A stretch of 63,365 nucleotides of DNA, the filler included, from Octopus bimaculoides (taxonomy: Eukaryota), in the NCBI RefSeq assembly GCF_001194135.2. It is 3 parts of 3 records of this genome, joined end to end, with 100 filler letters (N's around TTAATTAATTAA, not from the genome) between each part and the next. Parts side by side here need not be neighbours in the genome. Positions count along the whole stretch, not along the records: positions 42,173 to 63,365 come from NC_068985.1; 2 more parts are not named here. One strand, written 5' to 3'. Below, piece by piece: positions 50,535 to 63,352 of this stretch (position 1 is the stretch's first letter; the number at the start of each line of letters is the position of its first letter). The translations under genes were made by a program, and so were the position numbers. The notes beneath the pieces are model-generated. The model made no database searches. It was not told where the DNA came from and saw only the letters and a program-made list of their open reading frames with translations.

Positions 50535-51784
50535 TATACATACATATATATATATACATACATATATATATATACATACATATATATATATACATACATA
50601 TATATATATATACATACATATATATATATACATACATATATATATATACATATATATATNNNNNNNNNNNNNNNNNNNNNNNNNNNNNNNNNNNNNNNNN
50701 NNNNNNNNNNNNNNNNNNNNNNNNNNNNNNNNNNNNNNNNNNNNNNNNNNNNNNNNNNNNNNNNNNNNNNNNNNNNNNNNNNNNNNNNNNNNNNNNNNNN
50801 NNNNNNNNNNNNNNNNNNNNNNNNNNNNNNNNNNNNNNNNNNNNNNNNNNNNNNNNNNNNNNNNNNNNNNNNNNNNNNNNNNNNNNNNNNNNNNNNNNNN
50901 NNNNNNNNNNNNNNNNNNNNNNNNNNNNNNNNNNNNNNNNNNNNNNNNNNNNNNNNNNNNNNNNNNNNNNNNNNNNNNNNNNNNNNNNNNNNNNNNNNNN
51001 NNNNNNNNNNNNNNNNNNNNNNNNNNNNNNNNNNNNNNNNNNNNNNNNNNNNNNNNNNNNNNNNNNNNNNNNNNNNNNNNNNNNNNNNNNNNNNNNNNNN
51101 NNNNNNNNNNNNNNNNNNNNNNNNNNNNNNNNNNNNNNNNNNNNNNNNNNNNNNNNNNNNNNNNNNNNNNNNNNNNNNNNNNNNNNNNNNNNNNNNNNNN
51201 NNNNNNNNNNNNNNNNNNNNNNNNNNNNNNNNNNNNNTATATATATATTGGTGATGATGATTGTGGTAGTGTTGATGCTTTTAACCTTAACCAACAGAGG
51301 AGTCTTACTGCACTGCACATCCTCTCTTCCTATACCTCCCCCCACACATTCTACTCGTTCTCTGTTATTTTCGACGTCATGTTTCGCGATTTGTTTTTCA
51401 GAGAAACTCTTTTGCTACAGTTTACTAAACGTTTAATTAAATTCGGTCGCTGTAAAATAAGAAATCATTTCCCTCTACTCCTGATCAACTTCTCAAAAAA
51501 TCTTGTATAAGAAAATATCGTTGATAACAGAATCGTAATAAGACAAAATTAACAATGGCTTAACATAATTTACAGATTGTGAACAGATCCTAAAAAGATG
51601 GAGTAATAACGCCGGGGAGGTTTTAATAAAGAGAATGCTTCTTTGTTACTCCGAAATGTATTCTTTGGCATCGATGAAATAGCAACGAATCTAACTGAAA
51701 GGCTGGAGTAAACATTTAAAGAATTCTGTGTGGAATACATGAACTTGGTGAAACGTTGCTTCTTATCAAGTCTAATGAATATAT

Positions 51785-51999
51785 TCTTTTGTACTCTAGG
51801 CACAAGGCCCGAAATTTTGGGGGAGGAGGCCAGTCGATTAGATCGACCCTAGAATGCAACTGGTATTAAATTTATCGACCCCTAAAGGGTGAAATGCTAA
51901 GTCGACCTCGGCGGAATTTGAACTCAGAACGCAAAGAAAGACGAAATACCGCTAAGCATTTCGCCCAGCGTGCTAACTTTTCTGCCAGCTCGCCGCCTT
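51785..51999 (-). mobile_element. SINE family B, full length
   Basis: Well-preserved copy; minus-strand head AAGGCGGCGAGCTGGCAG and B-box GAGTTCAAATTCC. Confidence 0.95.
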
Positions 52000-52139
52000 A
52001 ACTACGATATTATCGTATAGATTAAATAACTTCTAGGAAAGCAGTTCACTTCCAGAACAAAATTGATACGAAAATGCGCACGTTTTAAAGCTCAAATACT
52101 AATTTTAAAAAAACAGCTTAAAGACAGGATTAACCATTA

Positions 52140-52760
52140 AGGTTTATGACACAACTCTTTATCCATGGATCTTGGGGACATTATCCAAAAGTAAGGTCGC
52201 ACCAATAATAAACAGCTACGTCGAACAAACCAATAGCAAACTGGCAAATAATACGGCACATACGAACAAAAATGGGGATTATAAAAACATCTATATTACA
52301 AAAGAAGTATTCAGAGACGTCTCCTTTCTTTCTCTCTCTCTCTCTCCCTCTCTCTCTCCTGCTTGATTCTAACACCTTTACCCAATATGTTAAAGAAGTC
52401 TGGATTCGGATACAATTATTGGTGGGAAGACAATCAACCTCCTTTTGTACGAGTCTGACCTCAAATTTTATGCCGCAGATGGTAAACAACGGTAAATGCA
52501 GCTATGAACAATACACAGATTTTATTTCTAGAACGAAATGTAGGTTAGAAAACTGCGCCAAGTCAATCAAGAAGAAAGGAAAATTAATTAGAAACACGAA
52601 TGTCATGTTAGATCAAGAAATAGAGATAAGATAAGAGAATTAGAACAAAACACAGACAAACAAATACTCAGGTATTAATAAACTAGACAATAGACTTGAA
52701 TACAAGAAAGATTGGGAAAGGATATTGTAGACGCATTAGATTAATTCTTAAAACAGAGCG
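52140..52760 (+). mobile_element. Degenerate R4/Dong-like RT fragment
   Basis: INLLLYESDLKFYA..CRLENCAKSIKKKGK resembles INHLLYMDDLKLYA..FGLEKCAK....GK; boundaries approximate. Confidence 0.6.
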
Positions 52761-53431
52761 AAATGAAAAGGAAAAAATAAGACATCAAATCTCGGACCAT
52801 CACAGTAATAAGTTATATTATCAACCACTAAGTTAATTAGCTAGACTAGACAGGAAAACAAAAACAAATAAGTGCTAAAACACGCCAACCAATATGCGAC
52901 ATTGGAAGATTATATTTACCCACGAAAACAGGGTTATTAATAAGAAAATTAATATAAAATAATTATTGTTGGACTACGAAAATATTTAATAGAGAATAAT
53001 GGTAAACTCATATTGATAACTACAAGACCCGAATATAAAACCCTATTATCTTCAGGGAAACCAATAAGAGTAAAAAGAGGTTGAGTTGAAATGTGGGAGA
53101 AATAATGACAGATGTTCTAAAAACATTAAAAGCTGCTCTGAAGTGGTTCTACAAAATGTCATTTTGAAATGATGATGGAAAAAAAGCCCCTGCAACTACT
53201 GAACAACGAAGTGGTAAATAACGATAAATTTCAGAATAGAACTCAAAACTGAGAAGGAAGATTGTTGGTTCTAAGGAGTAAGAAGGTGAAACAAGTGGTA
53301 AGAAACTCCCAACAGAACTGAACAGCAAATGCTTCGACCCTTAACTCCTTATATTCAAGAAGGGCTGGGTTGCATCCAGGTCCTCATTCCTGAGTACTGT
53401 TGTGCTAACAATTTTAAACTGCGAGAATATC

Positions 53432-53673
53432 ATTGGGTTGGTGCATAATTATTGTGGATTTTTTTCAACAAATTTTATTCAACCAAAACAATAATATTTA
53501 ACAGAAACATCTTTAAATGACGGTCTGACCGTCTGCCAAGCAAATGAGAAGCAGTAATTGAAGGTGAATATGCTCCTGAATAATCATTTAAAGACGTTTT
53601 TGTCGCATGTTTTTGTTTTTGTTGAATAAATTTTTTTGAAAAAAAAGCCGCAATAATTGTGCACTAATTCAAT
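53432..53673. mobile_element. Mariner-derived MITE with ~55-bp TIRs
   Basis: ATTGGGTTGGTGCATAATTATTGTGGATTTTTTTCAACAAATTTTATTCAAC ... GTTGAATAAATTTTTTTGAAAAAAAAGCCGCAATAATTGTGCACTAATTCAAT; resembles the Hsmar1/MADE1 TIR; interior has a transposase C-terminal relic (DRLPSK*EAVI..EYAPE*). Confidence 0.8.
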
Positions 53674-54979
53674 GTAAACTTGTGTATTTAAATGCTTGGA
53701 TATTTCATTTAGCTGGAACTCCTCTCCGTTGATTCAGCTTTCAAATTTATACTTAAAGAAAAACATGTTGGTTTTTATGGTAGCGGTGAAATGTCAACGT
53801 TGCCACATTTCATTTAGATATGTTAATAACTTAATGGTGTACAGGGCGTAGAACATAAATTGTATAAAATGTACAATAATTAAAACGAAATATAATTTAT
53901 AAACATGAAAAACAGATAGGGTAACCCATCCACAAAGAGGGGTGTACCTCTGAGCTAGGTTACACCACGGCACCCTTCCTTCATTAGTGAACCTATGTGA
54001 CAGCTTCGGTTAGAAAAACACTTGTTCTTATCGCATCAGGTTGTCATATTTTATTGCTTATGTCAACATGTTCCGTGTCCAAAATTCGTATGTTGTAAGT
54101 TACGTCTGCAAAAGATGAAACTGGTCTCTACACAAGTTTCTCTCATCGCACTCACTTAGCGAACGATTGTAGTTGAGTGTTGCGTTTATTATGGTTGTTT
54201 AAACCAAATTCTTCTCTTAAACCACCTCCGACAGAAACATTGTCCATAAAAATACCAATGAATTTCCCTCTCAAACCGAAAATGATTGTGCCAGTTGCTG
54301 CTGTCGTTGTTAGACTTATTGTTATTGTTGCCATTTTGTGTTGTCCGTGCCACTGCTAATTTTGTTGTTTTCCCATTCTTACATTTGTTGTTGCAGTGTT
54401 TGTCATCTTGGTGCCGGTAGCGGAGGAGACAGTGTTCCTGTTCGCATTATCGTTGCTTTTTGTTCTCATTCTTTAACCCTGCTGCACTTTTGTGATGGCG
54501 GCGTTGAAACTTTTCGAGGCGGGAAAATTGCCTCATACTTTTCCCTTCCTGATTTGTTGCCGTTGGATTGTTGTTGCAGACGACAGTCGTTTTGTTGTCT
54601 ATAATCGTGATAGTGGTTACATTGATGATGTTTGGTGGCGGCGTTGGTGTCATTCAATTTTTGATTTTTGGCTGTTATCGACAGAAATTTGCATGTTTTT
54701 TCGTTTGGATTTTTGTTTTACATTCTTGTGTTCTATGAAATGGAGGGGGGATTCGCCTCCATATTTTATTAGGACTTCTATAGGTGTAATTTGAAAATTA
54801 AATTGCAATACTTGGACCCTAGGCCCTAATATTGCGGGGCCGCCTTTTTTGGTGGGTAATGTATGGCGCCTCATTTACAGTTTGAAACAAAAAAAAATTA
54901 CAATGAAAGTTATGCAAACAAGTAAAAATCAACAAATATAACGGTGCGAAACTGTAAATGGGGAAAAATTGAGATGATG

Positions 54980-55020
<41 letters not shown>

Positions 55021-55234
55021 CCTTTCTATTATAGGTGCAAGGCTTGAAATTTGGGGGAAGATGACCTGTCGATTATATCGACACCAATGTTTCACTGATA
55101 CTTAATTTATTGACCCCGAAATAATGAAAAGCAAAGTCAGCCTTGGCGGAATTTGAACTCAGAACGTAAATACGAGTAAAATACCGTTAAGCATTTTGCC
55201 CGGCGTGCTAACGATTCTGCCAACTCGCCGCCTT
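55021..55234 (-). mobile_element. SINE family B
   Basis: Full-length homology; flanked by (AAT)n. Confidence 0.9.
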
Positions 55235-55246
55235 AATAATAATAAT

Positions 55247-55438
55247 CCTTTCTACACTAGGCACAAGGCCTCAAATTTGTGGGGAGGGAACTAGTCGATT
55301 ACATCGACTCCAGTATGCAGCTGGTGCTTAATCTATCGACCCCGAAAGGATGAAAGGCAAAGTCGACCTCGGCGGAATTTGGACTCAGAACATAACGGCA
55401 GACGAAATACCGCTAAGCATTTCGCCCGGCATGCTAAC
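55247..55438 (-). mobile_element. SINE family B, directly adjacent tandem copy
   Basis: Homology to the other copies; extreme 5' head missing. Confidence 0.9.
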
Positions 55439-55963
55439 AATAATTTTGACACAAGGACAGGAATTTTGTGGGACAGTTTCAGAAGGTAAAAACAGACGAA
55501 AGGTCGCTAAGAATTTTGTCCTGTGTGCTAAAAGCTCTGCCAGATCGTGGCCTTTATAATAATAATAGTAATTATAATTATGAAAATGAAGATTCTTATC
55601 ATGAGGATTGCGACAATAGTAGACGCGTGCCTTAATTACAAACTAGGATATTACTTGGCAACTGTAACTCACGTTACCAACGAAACATTAATGATTTTTG
55701 TCCGTCTTAGAACTTAGCATATTCAGCAGCAGCAGCAGCAGCAGCAGCACAAGGTTAACAAATACCCGATTGATTGCATGCGCAAAACAATACTCTCATT
55801 CAATCGATTTCTTCCCTTGTAGAATAAACATAAAGAAAATGACTTGTTTATTCAGTCGTAATTACATGCGAAAAATTCCCAGTTCAATGAAAACATTTAC
55901 ACTTCATGTACATCTAAAGTGCCGCTAGTTTTATATATTACTGTTGTATTTCCTATATGTCTG

Positions 55964-56023
<60 letters not shown>

Positions 56024-56171
56024 TTTTTATATATATATTTATAGATGCATATATACATACATATATACTTAAATTCTTATATATGTATATTCATATATAT
56101 TTATGTGTTTGTATATGTATATTTATATATGTATGTATACATATCTTTATATATGTGTATATATATATGTG

Positions 56172-56217
<46 letters not shown>

Positions 56218-56255
56218 TGTGTGTGTGTGTGTGTGCACGCACACACACATAGATA

Positions 56256-56289
<34 letters not shown>

Positions 56290-56582
56290 ACAACAATAAT
56301 TCTAGGATGGAATTTAGAAATATTTAATAGTTCGCATGACTTTAACATCAGAGTCCGTGTCCTTGGGATTGGTAAAGTATGGTTTGTTCCATCCGTAGCC
56401 ATTGATTCATTTCATCAGGTGATGCTGCATTAGTAGATGAATCACTAAGTAATGTTTATCCTTTCTTGCCACAGCTAGATTGGCCTTCATACTGGCATGC
56501 TGGATAAATGAATCAATGATGATGATCGACCGGACGGCCACGGATACTACCGACTCTGCTGTGCCCGTCCCAAGGATACTGA

Positions 56583-56625
56583 CACTGATGTTAAAGTCAT
56601 GCGATTTGTCGAAACGCGCGTAGTG
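56583..56625 (+). ncRNA. Degenerate hammerhead-like motif, third family
   Basis: CTGATG-TTA-AAGTC(ATGC)GATTT-GTC-GAAAC-GCGC-GT-A-GTG; palindromic stem III ACGCGCGT, GUA triplet; base of stem II and stem I imperfect. Confidence 0.4.
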
Positions 56626-56810
56626 AGGTATAAAATATTTCCAAATTTCATCATAGAATTACTGTTATTATATTTATTCTACATTATATCGGTACAACTT
56701 GATGCAACCCGGAAAAACTGGCTCACCAGTCTGTATCATTACACTGTGGCAGACATAATGGCATAGGAGCTTTGTTTACATATTCAGAATGTTTCCCATA
56801 AATTTAAAAG

Positions 56811-56845
<35 letters not shown>

Positions 56846-57004
56846 AATATATATATGAAATAGGGTTTGCAAATGCAGAGGTCTTTTACAGAAGTTTATT
56901 GACTTCACCGGTTTCAATTTTTAAAAACAAAAGATTATCAAAAGTAAAACGTAAAACTTTGTATAAGCTTTGTTGTGTTAAAAAATCCACATGAGTAGTG
57001 ATGC

Positions 57005-57430
57005 AACATTCCATGCGTATATTTACAGTATGGCAACACTGTGCAGGCGAGCAGCTGGATGGAGCCTGAAATCATTCAAAACTAGAAATAAGGACACCTA
57101 GCTACTCCTATGGAGAACATTTGTCCTCAGTCGTTAGGATTACTGCTCCCAACTGTGGTCGCCGCAGAGCGTCAAGTTGGTGGCGGCACTTGAGGCAATC
57201 TTGCGCCACTACATAAAGGAGATTAACTCGATGAAACAGGTGTGCTTCAAAGAGAAGCTAAAGGAACTGAATCTCTACTCCTTGGAGAGAAGGTGAGAAA
57301 GGTATGCAGTGATATACATATGGAAGATCCTGGAAGGTCAACCTTCCTTCTTTGGTGTTAAAAGCTATAGCAAATCCAAAATGGCTGAAAATTAGCATCA
57401 AACTCTCAGCGTACCAACGAATTTGAATCA
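57005..57430 (+). mobile_element. CR1-clade LINE fragment
   Basis: RRAAGWSLKSF..LLWRTFVLSR*DYCSQLWSP..AALEAI..EKLKELNLYSLERR*ERYAVIYIWKILEG; colinear with 27040-27340. Confidence 0.85.
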
Positions 57431-57959
57431 AACTGTTTTGATCCATATATATATATATATATATATATATGGCCTCTTGGAGCTAATCAACGGCAGCATT
57501 CGCTCTATTTTTTCGACTGCCATGTTGGCTTGGCGATAACTATCGCTGTAGTCTCCTTTAGAGAGACTTAGAAATATTAATATTTTTACTTTTGAAAACC
57601 AGTCGATGTATTCCACTGAATTTAGGTAAATAATCCTTCGTCCAGACGGTCAGTAGCGACACCTGCTGGGTTCGGCTGCTCTTCTGCGTGATTATTCTGC
57701 TGCTACATTTAGTGAGTTATCCTGTTTATCTATTGTTACTTTACGTTGATGGTTGTTGAATTTTGAAACTTGAACGTCGTGTTTACGTTATTTTTCGCCC
57801 TGCAGGGCGGAAAAATTCTTTTTTTTTTTTCATCTGTGCTCCTTTTGTGAGGAGAGAAATATTTAGGAACTGTTTTTCTGTTAAAGAAATTTTTTGTGAA
57901 CTGTTTTCCCGTTAAGGGGAAATAATTTTTGTCACAAGACTTCTTTTTGTGTGTGAATA

Positions 57960-58800
57960 ATGGAGGATGGCATGGTGTCATACCTCGATTTTTTGCTGTG
58001 CAACGTGGACTTCCCGCTTTTGCAGGAAGAAAATAACCAGACAGAACAGGTTTATCAAGTCAACCAAGAAGGAAATAAGGACGAAAAAAATGCAAACAGT
58101 TTTTCTGCCGCCGTTAGCGGACAATTCCGAAATGTAGAAGTTTCGAAAGAAAATTTATTCAAATATAGGAATTTAATTAAAAGAACTGGCAGTGAAACAA
58201 GGTTAATTCCACCAAAGGAAATAATACAAAATCTAGCCGTGAGAACTGTTACATATAAAGTATATAACAGAAAAGAGAAGAGAATTATGATGATGAAGAC
58301 TGACACAGTTGAAAAGTGTCTCGCCCCCGTTTGGGAAAAACTAAGATACGTAGGAAGAGGTCCTCGCAACCCTACAATAGAGGCGCAATTTGAAAGCGTC
58401 GAAGTTGCCAAAGAAATATCCACACAGACGTTGATAACGGATGGAATTATGTTATTACCCACGTACCTCGGTCGGAGAACCGCAAAAAATTATAATAGAG
58501 GAGATTCCAGCCGGGTACGATGTGTACTGGATGGCAGCAGCTTTAATCTACGATGCGGAAGAAGAAATTAATATTATCTCCATGAAAAAAAGAGAGGCGC
58601 TCAATTGGAAGGGGAAGACCCTGGAATTATTAGTTCAAGCCTCTAATGAGACCCTCGAATCTAGACCAGACAGGATTTTTATAGGGTAGGGACTCAGTGC
58701 AAGATCGTCGGTGGAGGGACGACGGCTCAGATGTTTTTAATGTGGTGAGAAGGGTCACGTCCGCTCCGAATGCGAGAAAGTTTAAAAAACGACACAGAAG
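57960..58800 (+). pseudogene. LINE ORF1 relic with a CCHC zinc knuckle
   Basis: 203-aa ORF, frameshift near 58490, then CF*CGEKGHVRSEC (CX2CX4HX4C) at 58732-58773 with in-frame stops. Confidence 0.75.
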
Positions 58801-58899
58801 TAAGCAGAGGTCCCTCCCCAACAGGAGAAAGACTCGCAAGAAAAACCCAACAGAAAAAAGAAACAGTTAGTTCAGAGGGAATTATGCAGAGCCATCGTG

Positions 58900-60530
58900 A
58901 ACAGCAGATAGTGGTGCACCCTCAAACGAGCCATTCGTTTAGAGTCTCTTAGATTTAGCAAAGAGCTAAGTTTAGAGGAGTCTAGAATAGAAGAGCAGTT
59001 AACGAAGGAATTAGAGGAGGCCAAAGCATCAGGCTCTGCATCCAGAGTGTTGGCGGCGAGAACGGTATTATTCCGTCACCTCCAAGCCAAACACGAAGGC
59101 TGTAGAGTCAGGGCTAAGTTACGCACGGTGGGCAGAGAAGGTATTAACGTTGCTGGATGGGCCCGTCGTGTGGAGAGTCGGAGGGGCAGAGAAGCTTCTG
59201 TACAGTCTTTAATTGACGAACAGGGACGCTTGATCGAAGGACAGGAGGAGATGCAGAAGGCCTTTCATCAGCATTTCACACAGTTGTTTGGGACGAGCGA
59301 AGTGTTGGACCATGAGGAGCCCTTAAGGGATTTCCTGGCCGACGGGCCGCGACTCTCGGCACGTGAGGCGAGGTGCTGTGAAGGGCCGATCACAGCTGCA
59401 GAGGTCGAGGTGCTGGCTGAATGCACTCGGGACAAGTCGCCGGGACTGGATGGTCTGACCTACGAGCTCTATAGTAGTATGCCTGACTTGTTCGGACACT
59501 TGCTGGCTTGCGTGTACACGAACTGGCAACAGAATGGGAGAATTCCCAGCTCTGTGAGTCGGGGAGTGGTAACACTGGTCAGAAAAGACCCGAGCAAGGG
59601 GGACTATATTAGTAACTTCAGGCCCATAACTCCACTAAATGTAGAGTTAAAGATTTTGGATAAGGTGCTAGCAAAAAGGTTGACGGTTGTCGCGGAGAAA
59701 CTTGTCGGGAAGGCGCAAACATGTGCCATCCCTGGCAGGTCGATCCAGGACAATCTTCATCTCTTACGCTACACCTTAGACAGGATGGGTAAAGTTTCCG
59801 GTAAAGGTGGGGCACTGGTCCATTTAGATCAAAGTAAAGCCTTCGATAAGGTTGACCATCGGTACCTGGTGGCAGTGCTTGAGGCGGTTGGACTGGGCCC
59901 AGATTTCCGCAGTTGGATCAAGGCCATTTATGGTAGCATTAAATCCACGGTTCAGGTGAACGGTTACCTGTCGAAGCCGTTCGAGATCTGGCGTTCAGTT
60001 CGTCAAGGGTTCCCCCCGTCTCCGCTTCTTTATGTACTGACTCTTGAACCATTGCTGCGGAAGTTGGGGAATTTGGGAAGCACCACTAATGAAATCTGAT
60101 GTGGTAAGAGTGTCTCGGCGTATGCGGATGACGTCACCATCACCGTATCCAAAATGACTCAGCTACCTCGCGTAGCAGAGGCAATCAGAAGATACGAGAT
60201 GGTGGCAAGGGCAAAAGTTAACAAGGACAAGTCTGTCGGTTTGCGGATCGGCACCTGGAGCAGCAAGTGTCGTAGGGCACTGGACGGATGGTCCTGTTAA
60301 GTTGCTCGGAGTTTGGTTTCGTCCGGACTCCCAGACGGAGAAGAATTGGAGTGAGGTGACGGACAGGGTAGAAGCGCTAACCTGGACCTGGTCCGGAAGG
60401 GCGATGTCCCTGAAAGGAAGGGCGGAGGTGGTGCAGACGTTTATTGCGTCAGTTATCACCTACCGCTTGGCCATCGTCCCTTGCCCCGATTCGTGGCTAA
60501 ACAAGCTGGTTCGGATTCTCTTTCGCTTTT
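58900..60530 (+). pseudogene. LINE ORF2 reverse transcriptase relic (L1/Tx1 type)
   Basis: KSPGLDGL..NFRPITPLNVELKIL..LDQSKAFDKVDH..SVRQGFPPSPLLY, one in-frame stop (60097-60099), then AYADDVT (YADD at 60121); frameshift near 60265, then KLLGVWF..LSLK-like MSLKGRA. Confidence 0.95.
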
Positions 60531-61129
60531 TTGTGGAATTATATTCTGTTAATTCCAATCATTCATTTTATCAATTTCTTAAACCTTGATGAGTCCATCA
60601 TTATAAACCATGTAAATCCTACGTATCAATTCTTTACATTAGTTATAAAATAAATTTTATTTCTTATGTGTCATTTAAATGATATTAGATATATAAGTTT
60701 AATTTTTTTTTAATCTTTAGTCCAATATATATAAAAACATTTTAATTTTTCATCTTATCTATGGTTCTTTATATTGATGTAAATAAGTCTAAATGTACTT
60801 TACCATAGTATTTTAAATTAATACCACTTGATAGTTCTTGCATACTGCATTGATTGATAAGTTACATTACTATACACTATTTCTTTTTATTTTTTATTTC
60901 ATTATTAATTTATAATTAGCTTTTATTTATTCACATATTAATTAAGCAAATATTGGCATCTCAAGTTTTTCAAACTTAGCATATGTAAAACAATACATTG
61001 TTCTGATTAATGAAAACAATGGATAAACATTTACTGTATCTGTACACATATAGCAATTTTATTTTATATATTTTTGACCTAGGTGCCTTATGTTAAAACT
61101 TCCCCTACTCCATTATAAACTGGTCTGCT

Positions 61130-61295
61130 AGTAGAGAACATCCCCACCTATAGTAGTTTGTCACTAAACCCAAAGAAATTTTATAACCATATCATCCATG
61201 TATATTGTTTACCCCTTTCCTTATAAAGAAAATGCTAGTACCCTATTAAGCTTTGAATCACTAGGTCTGATAAGATGATCCATAAATCAGAAACA
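61130..61295 (-). mobile_element. Possible degenerate Penelope-like RT fragment
   Basis: Minus strand TIYMDDMVI (YMDD at 61191-61202), preceded by an MGS.LS-like relic; otherwise heavily decayed. Confidence 0.35.
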
Positions 61296-62052
61296 NNNNN
61301 NNNNNNNNNNNNNNNNNNNNNNNNNNNNNNNNNNNNNNNNNNNNNNNNNNNNNNNNNNNNNNNNNNNNNNNNNNNNNNNNNNNNNNNNNNNNNNNTATAT
61401 ATATATATACATACACATATATACATACAAATATATGCATGCATATATATACATATATATAAATTTATGTGTATTCTTTGAATGTGTACAACGAACACGG
61501 AAAAGGATAGATAGGTAGTTACTAGGGTATCAATTAATTCACATAAGTACCAAGGATGTAACAGCCTACTTATAAAGGTAGGAATTCTAGGAATCAGTGA
61601 AATAGCTTTGTATTACAGATAAATAAAGAAATGGCGTTCGACGCAGGCGTTATTCAAATCTCTATTCTTCCGACATATGTTTTGAAGAAATCATTGGTAC
61701 TATTTCAGAGGAATTAAAGTGATGTAAAGCAATGCGATCTTCTCACCAAGGAAAAGAACAGAAACAGCATCAAGAAGCCGTTTTAACCGAATGTGATGAC
61801 TGCGTATATGATAAAGGGAACGCTGGCAAGTTATTTCGTTTAAAAAACCGTTAATAGATTTAACAACGTCAAATGCAATTTATAGAGAGATAAAGCGGAG
61901 AAAGAAAGAAAATAAGAGAAAACCAAGAGTGAAGAAATGTAGTGCGATAGACGAATGGGAATAAAGGTAAAAGCGTGGATATAGATGTATCTAGTGGAGA
62001 TGAAATGTAAGAAGACAGTTTAAGGTAGAATTTTATAGATTGGTAGAAATAT

Positions 62053-62435
62053 TGTTGTTGTTGACACTCTGTCGCTTACGACGACGAGGGTTCCCGTTGA
62101 TCCGATCAACGGAACAGCCTGCTCTTGAAATTAACGTGCAAGTGGCTGAGCACTCCACAGACACGTGTACCCTTAACGTAGTTCTCGGGGATATTCAGCG
62201 TGGCACAGTGTGACAAGGCTGACCCTTTGAATTACAGGCACAACAGAAACAGGAAGTAAGAGCGAGAGAAAGTTGTGGTGAAAGAGTACAGCAGTGTTCG
62301 CCACCATCCCCTGCCAGAGCCTCGTGGAGCTTTTAGGTGTTTTCGCTCAATAAACACTCACAATGCCGGGAATCGAAACGGCGATCCCATGATTGCGAGT
62401 CCACTGCCCTAACCACTGGGCCATTGCGCCTCCAC
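62053..62435 (-). mobile_element. tRNA-derived SINE, family C, full length, with an 11-bp TSD and (CAA)n tail
   Basis: Minus-strand head GGAGGCGCAATGGCCCAGTGGTTAGGGCAG..GTTTCGATTCC (A and B boxes); GGTAGAAATAT at 62042-62052 and 62436-62446. Confidence 0.95.
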
Positions 62436-63159
62436 GGTAGAAATATACATTGGTAGGAACTAAAGGTATATTTTTGTCAATGTCTGCAACGATAAACGCG
62501 TTCTTTATAAAAGAATTCTCTGAGAACAGGATGAGATAGTGTTCATAGATAGAAACCGACAAGAAGATTTACCTTTATCATATGGAAAGGACCTAGATAG
62601 AATATTCTAACCTTACGACTTATATGTCCTTCTAGCTCTGATATCGGTGTACTTAGCAAAACTATTCTAGATGAATATATTCCCACCTTAGTTAAAAAAA
62701 ACTAAAGCTTAATTTATGGTCTAATTCCTTCCAAGTAGTCGACTGGTTAATTTTATTAATAACAAGAAGTGCACTAAATTTATCCAGTTCGACATTTCTA
62801 GTTGCTATTCCTGTTTTAACCCAGTTTTACTCAATAAGGCACTCTGGTTCTCACACAACAAAGCAGGTCTCACCAGGGATGAATATAATGTCGTGTTAGC
62901 AGCCAGAAAATTGCAGTAAACTAAAACACATCCCGGTTTCCTTCAATCTAATTCAGGGTCATTCTGGAAAACTTCGACATATCTTCTCCTAAAATATTGG
63001 TCAAGTACAACAACAACAGCTAGAAAACCGTGAACAGCAACAAGTAAAACGCCAACACAACAGCTAGGAAATCATGAACAACAACAACAACAAAAACACC
63101 AGGAAGAGCCGCTCCTAAATTGTAGCATAATAGTTGACTTACTGAACGATAGTATCTCT

Positions 63160-63352
63160 TCACCCCTCTCTCATTCAGCCCTCTCTCACTCACCACTCTC
63201 TCACTCACCCCTCTCTCATTCATCACTTTCTCACTCACCCCTCTCTCACTCACCCCTCTCTCATTCACCACTCTCTCACTCACCCCTCTCTCATTCACCA
63301 CTCTCTCACTCACCACTTTCTCATTCACCCCTCCCTCATTCACCACTCTCAC
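63160..63352. repeat. 15-bp minisatellite (CC[C/A]CTCTCTCA[C/T]TCA), about 12-13 units
   Basis: Direct reading; one minus-strand frame stays open and gives V(S/N)ER(G/V) pentapeptides. Confidence 0.95.

Larger units (their letters stand above)
57640..60530 (+). mobile_element. L1/Tx1-clade LINE, internally deleted (no APE domain) and 3'-truncated
   Basis: GC-richer block containing ORF1 and ORF2 relics (next two features); 5' boundary approximate. Confidence 0.85.

Noticed and set aside
54150-54720. GTT-rich block with several overlapping short ORFs
   Set aside because: Every frame is broken by stops and has no recognisable motif; may be a decayed LINE ORF1 but I cannot support that
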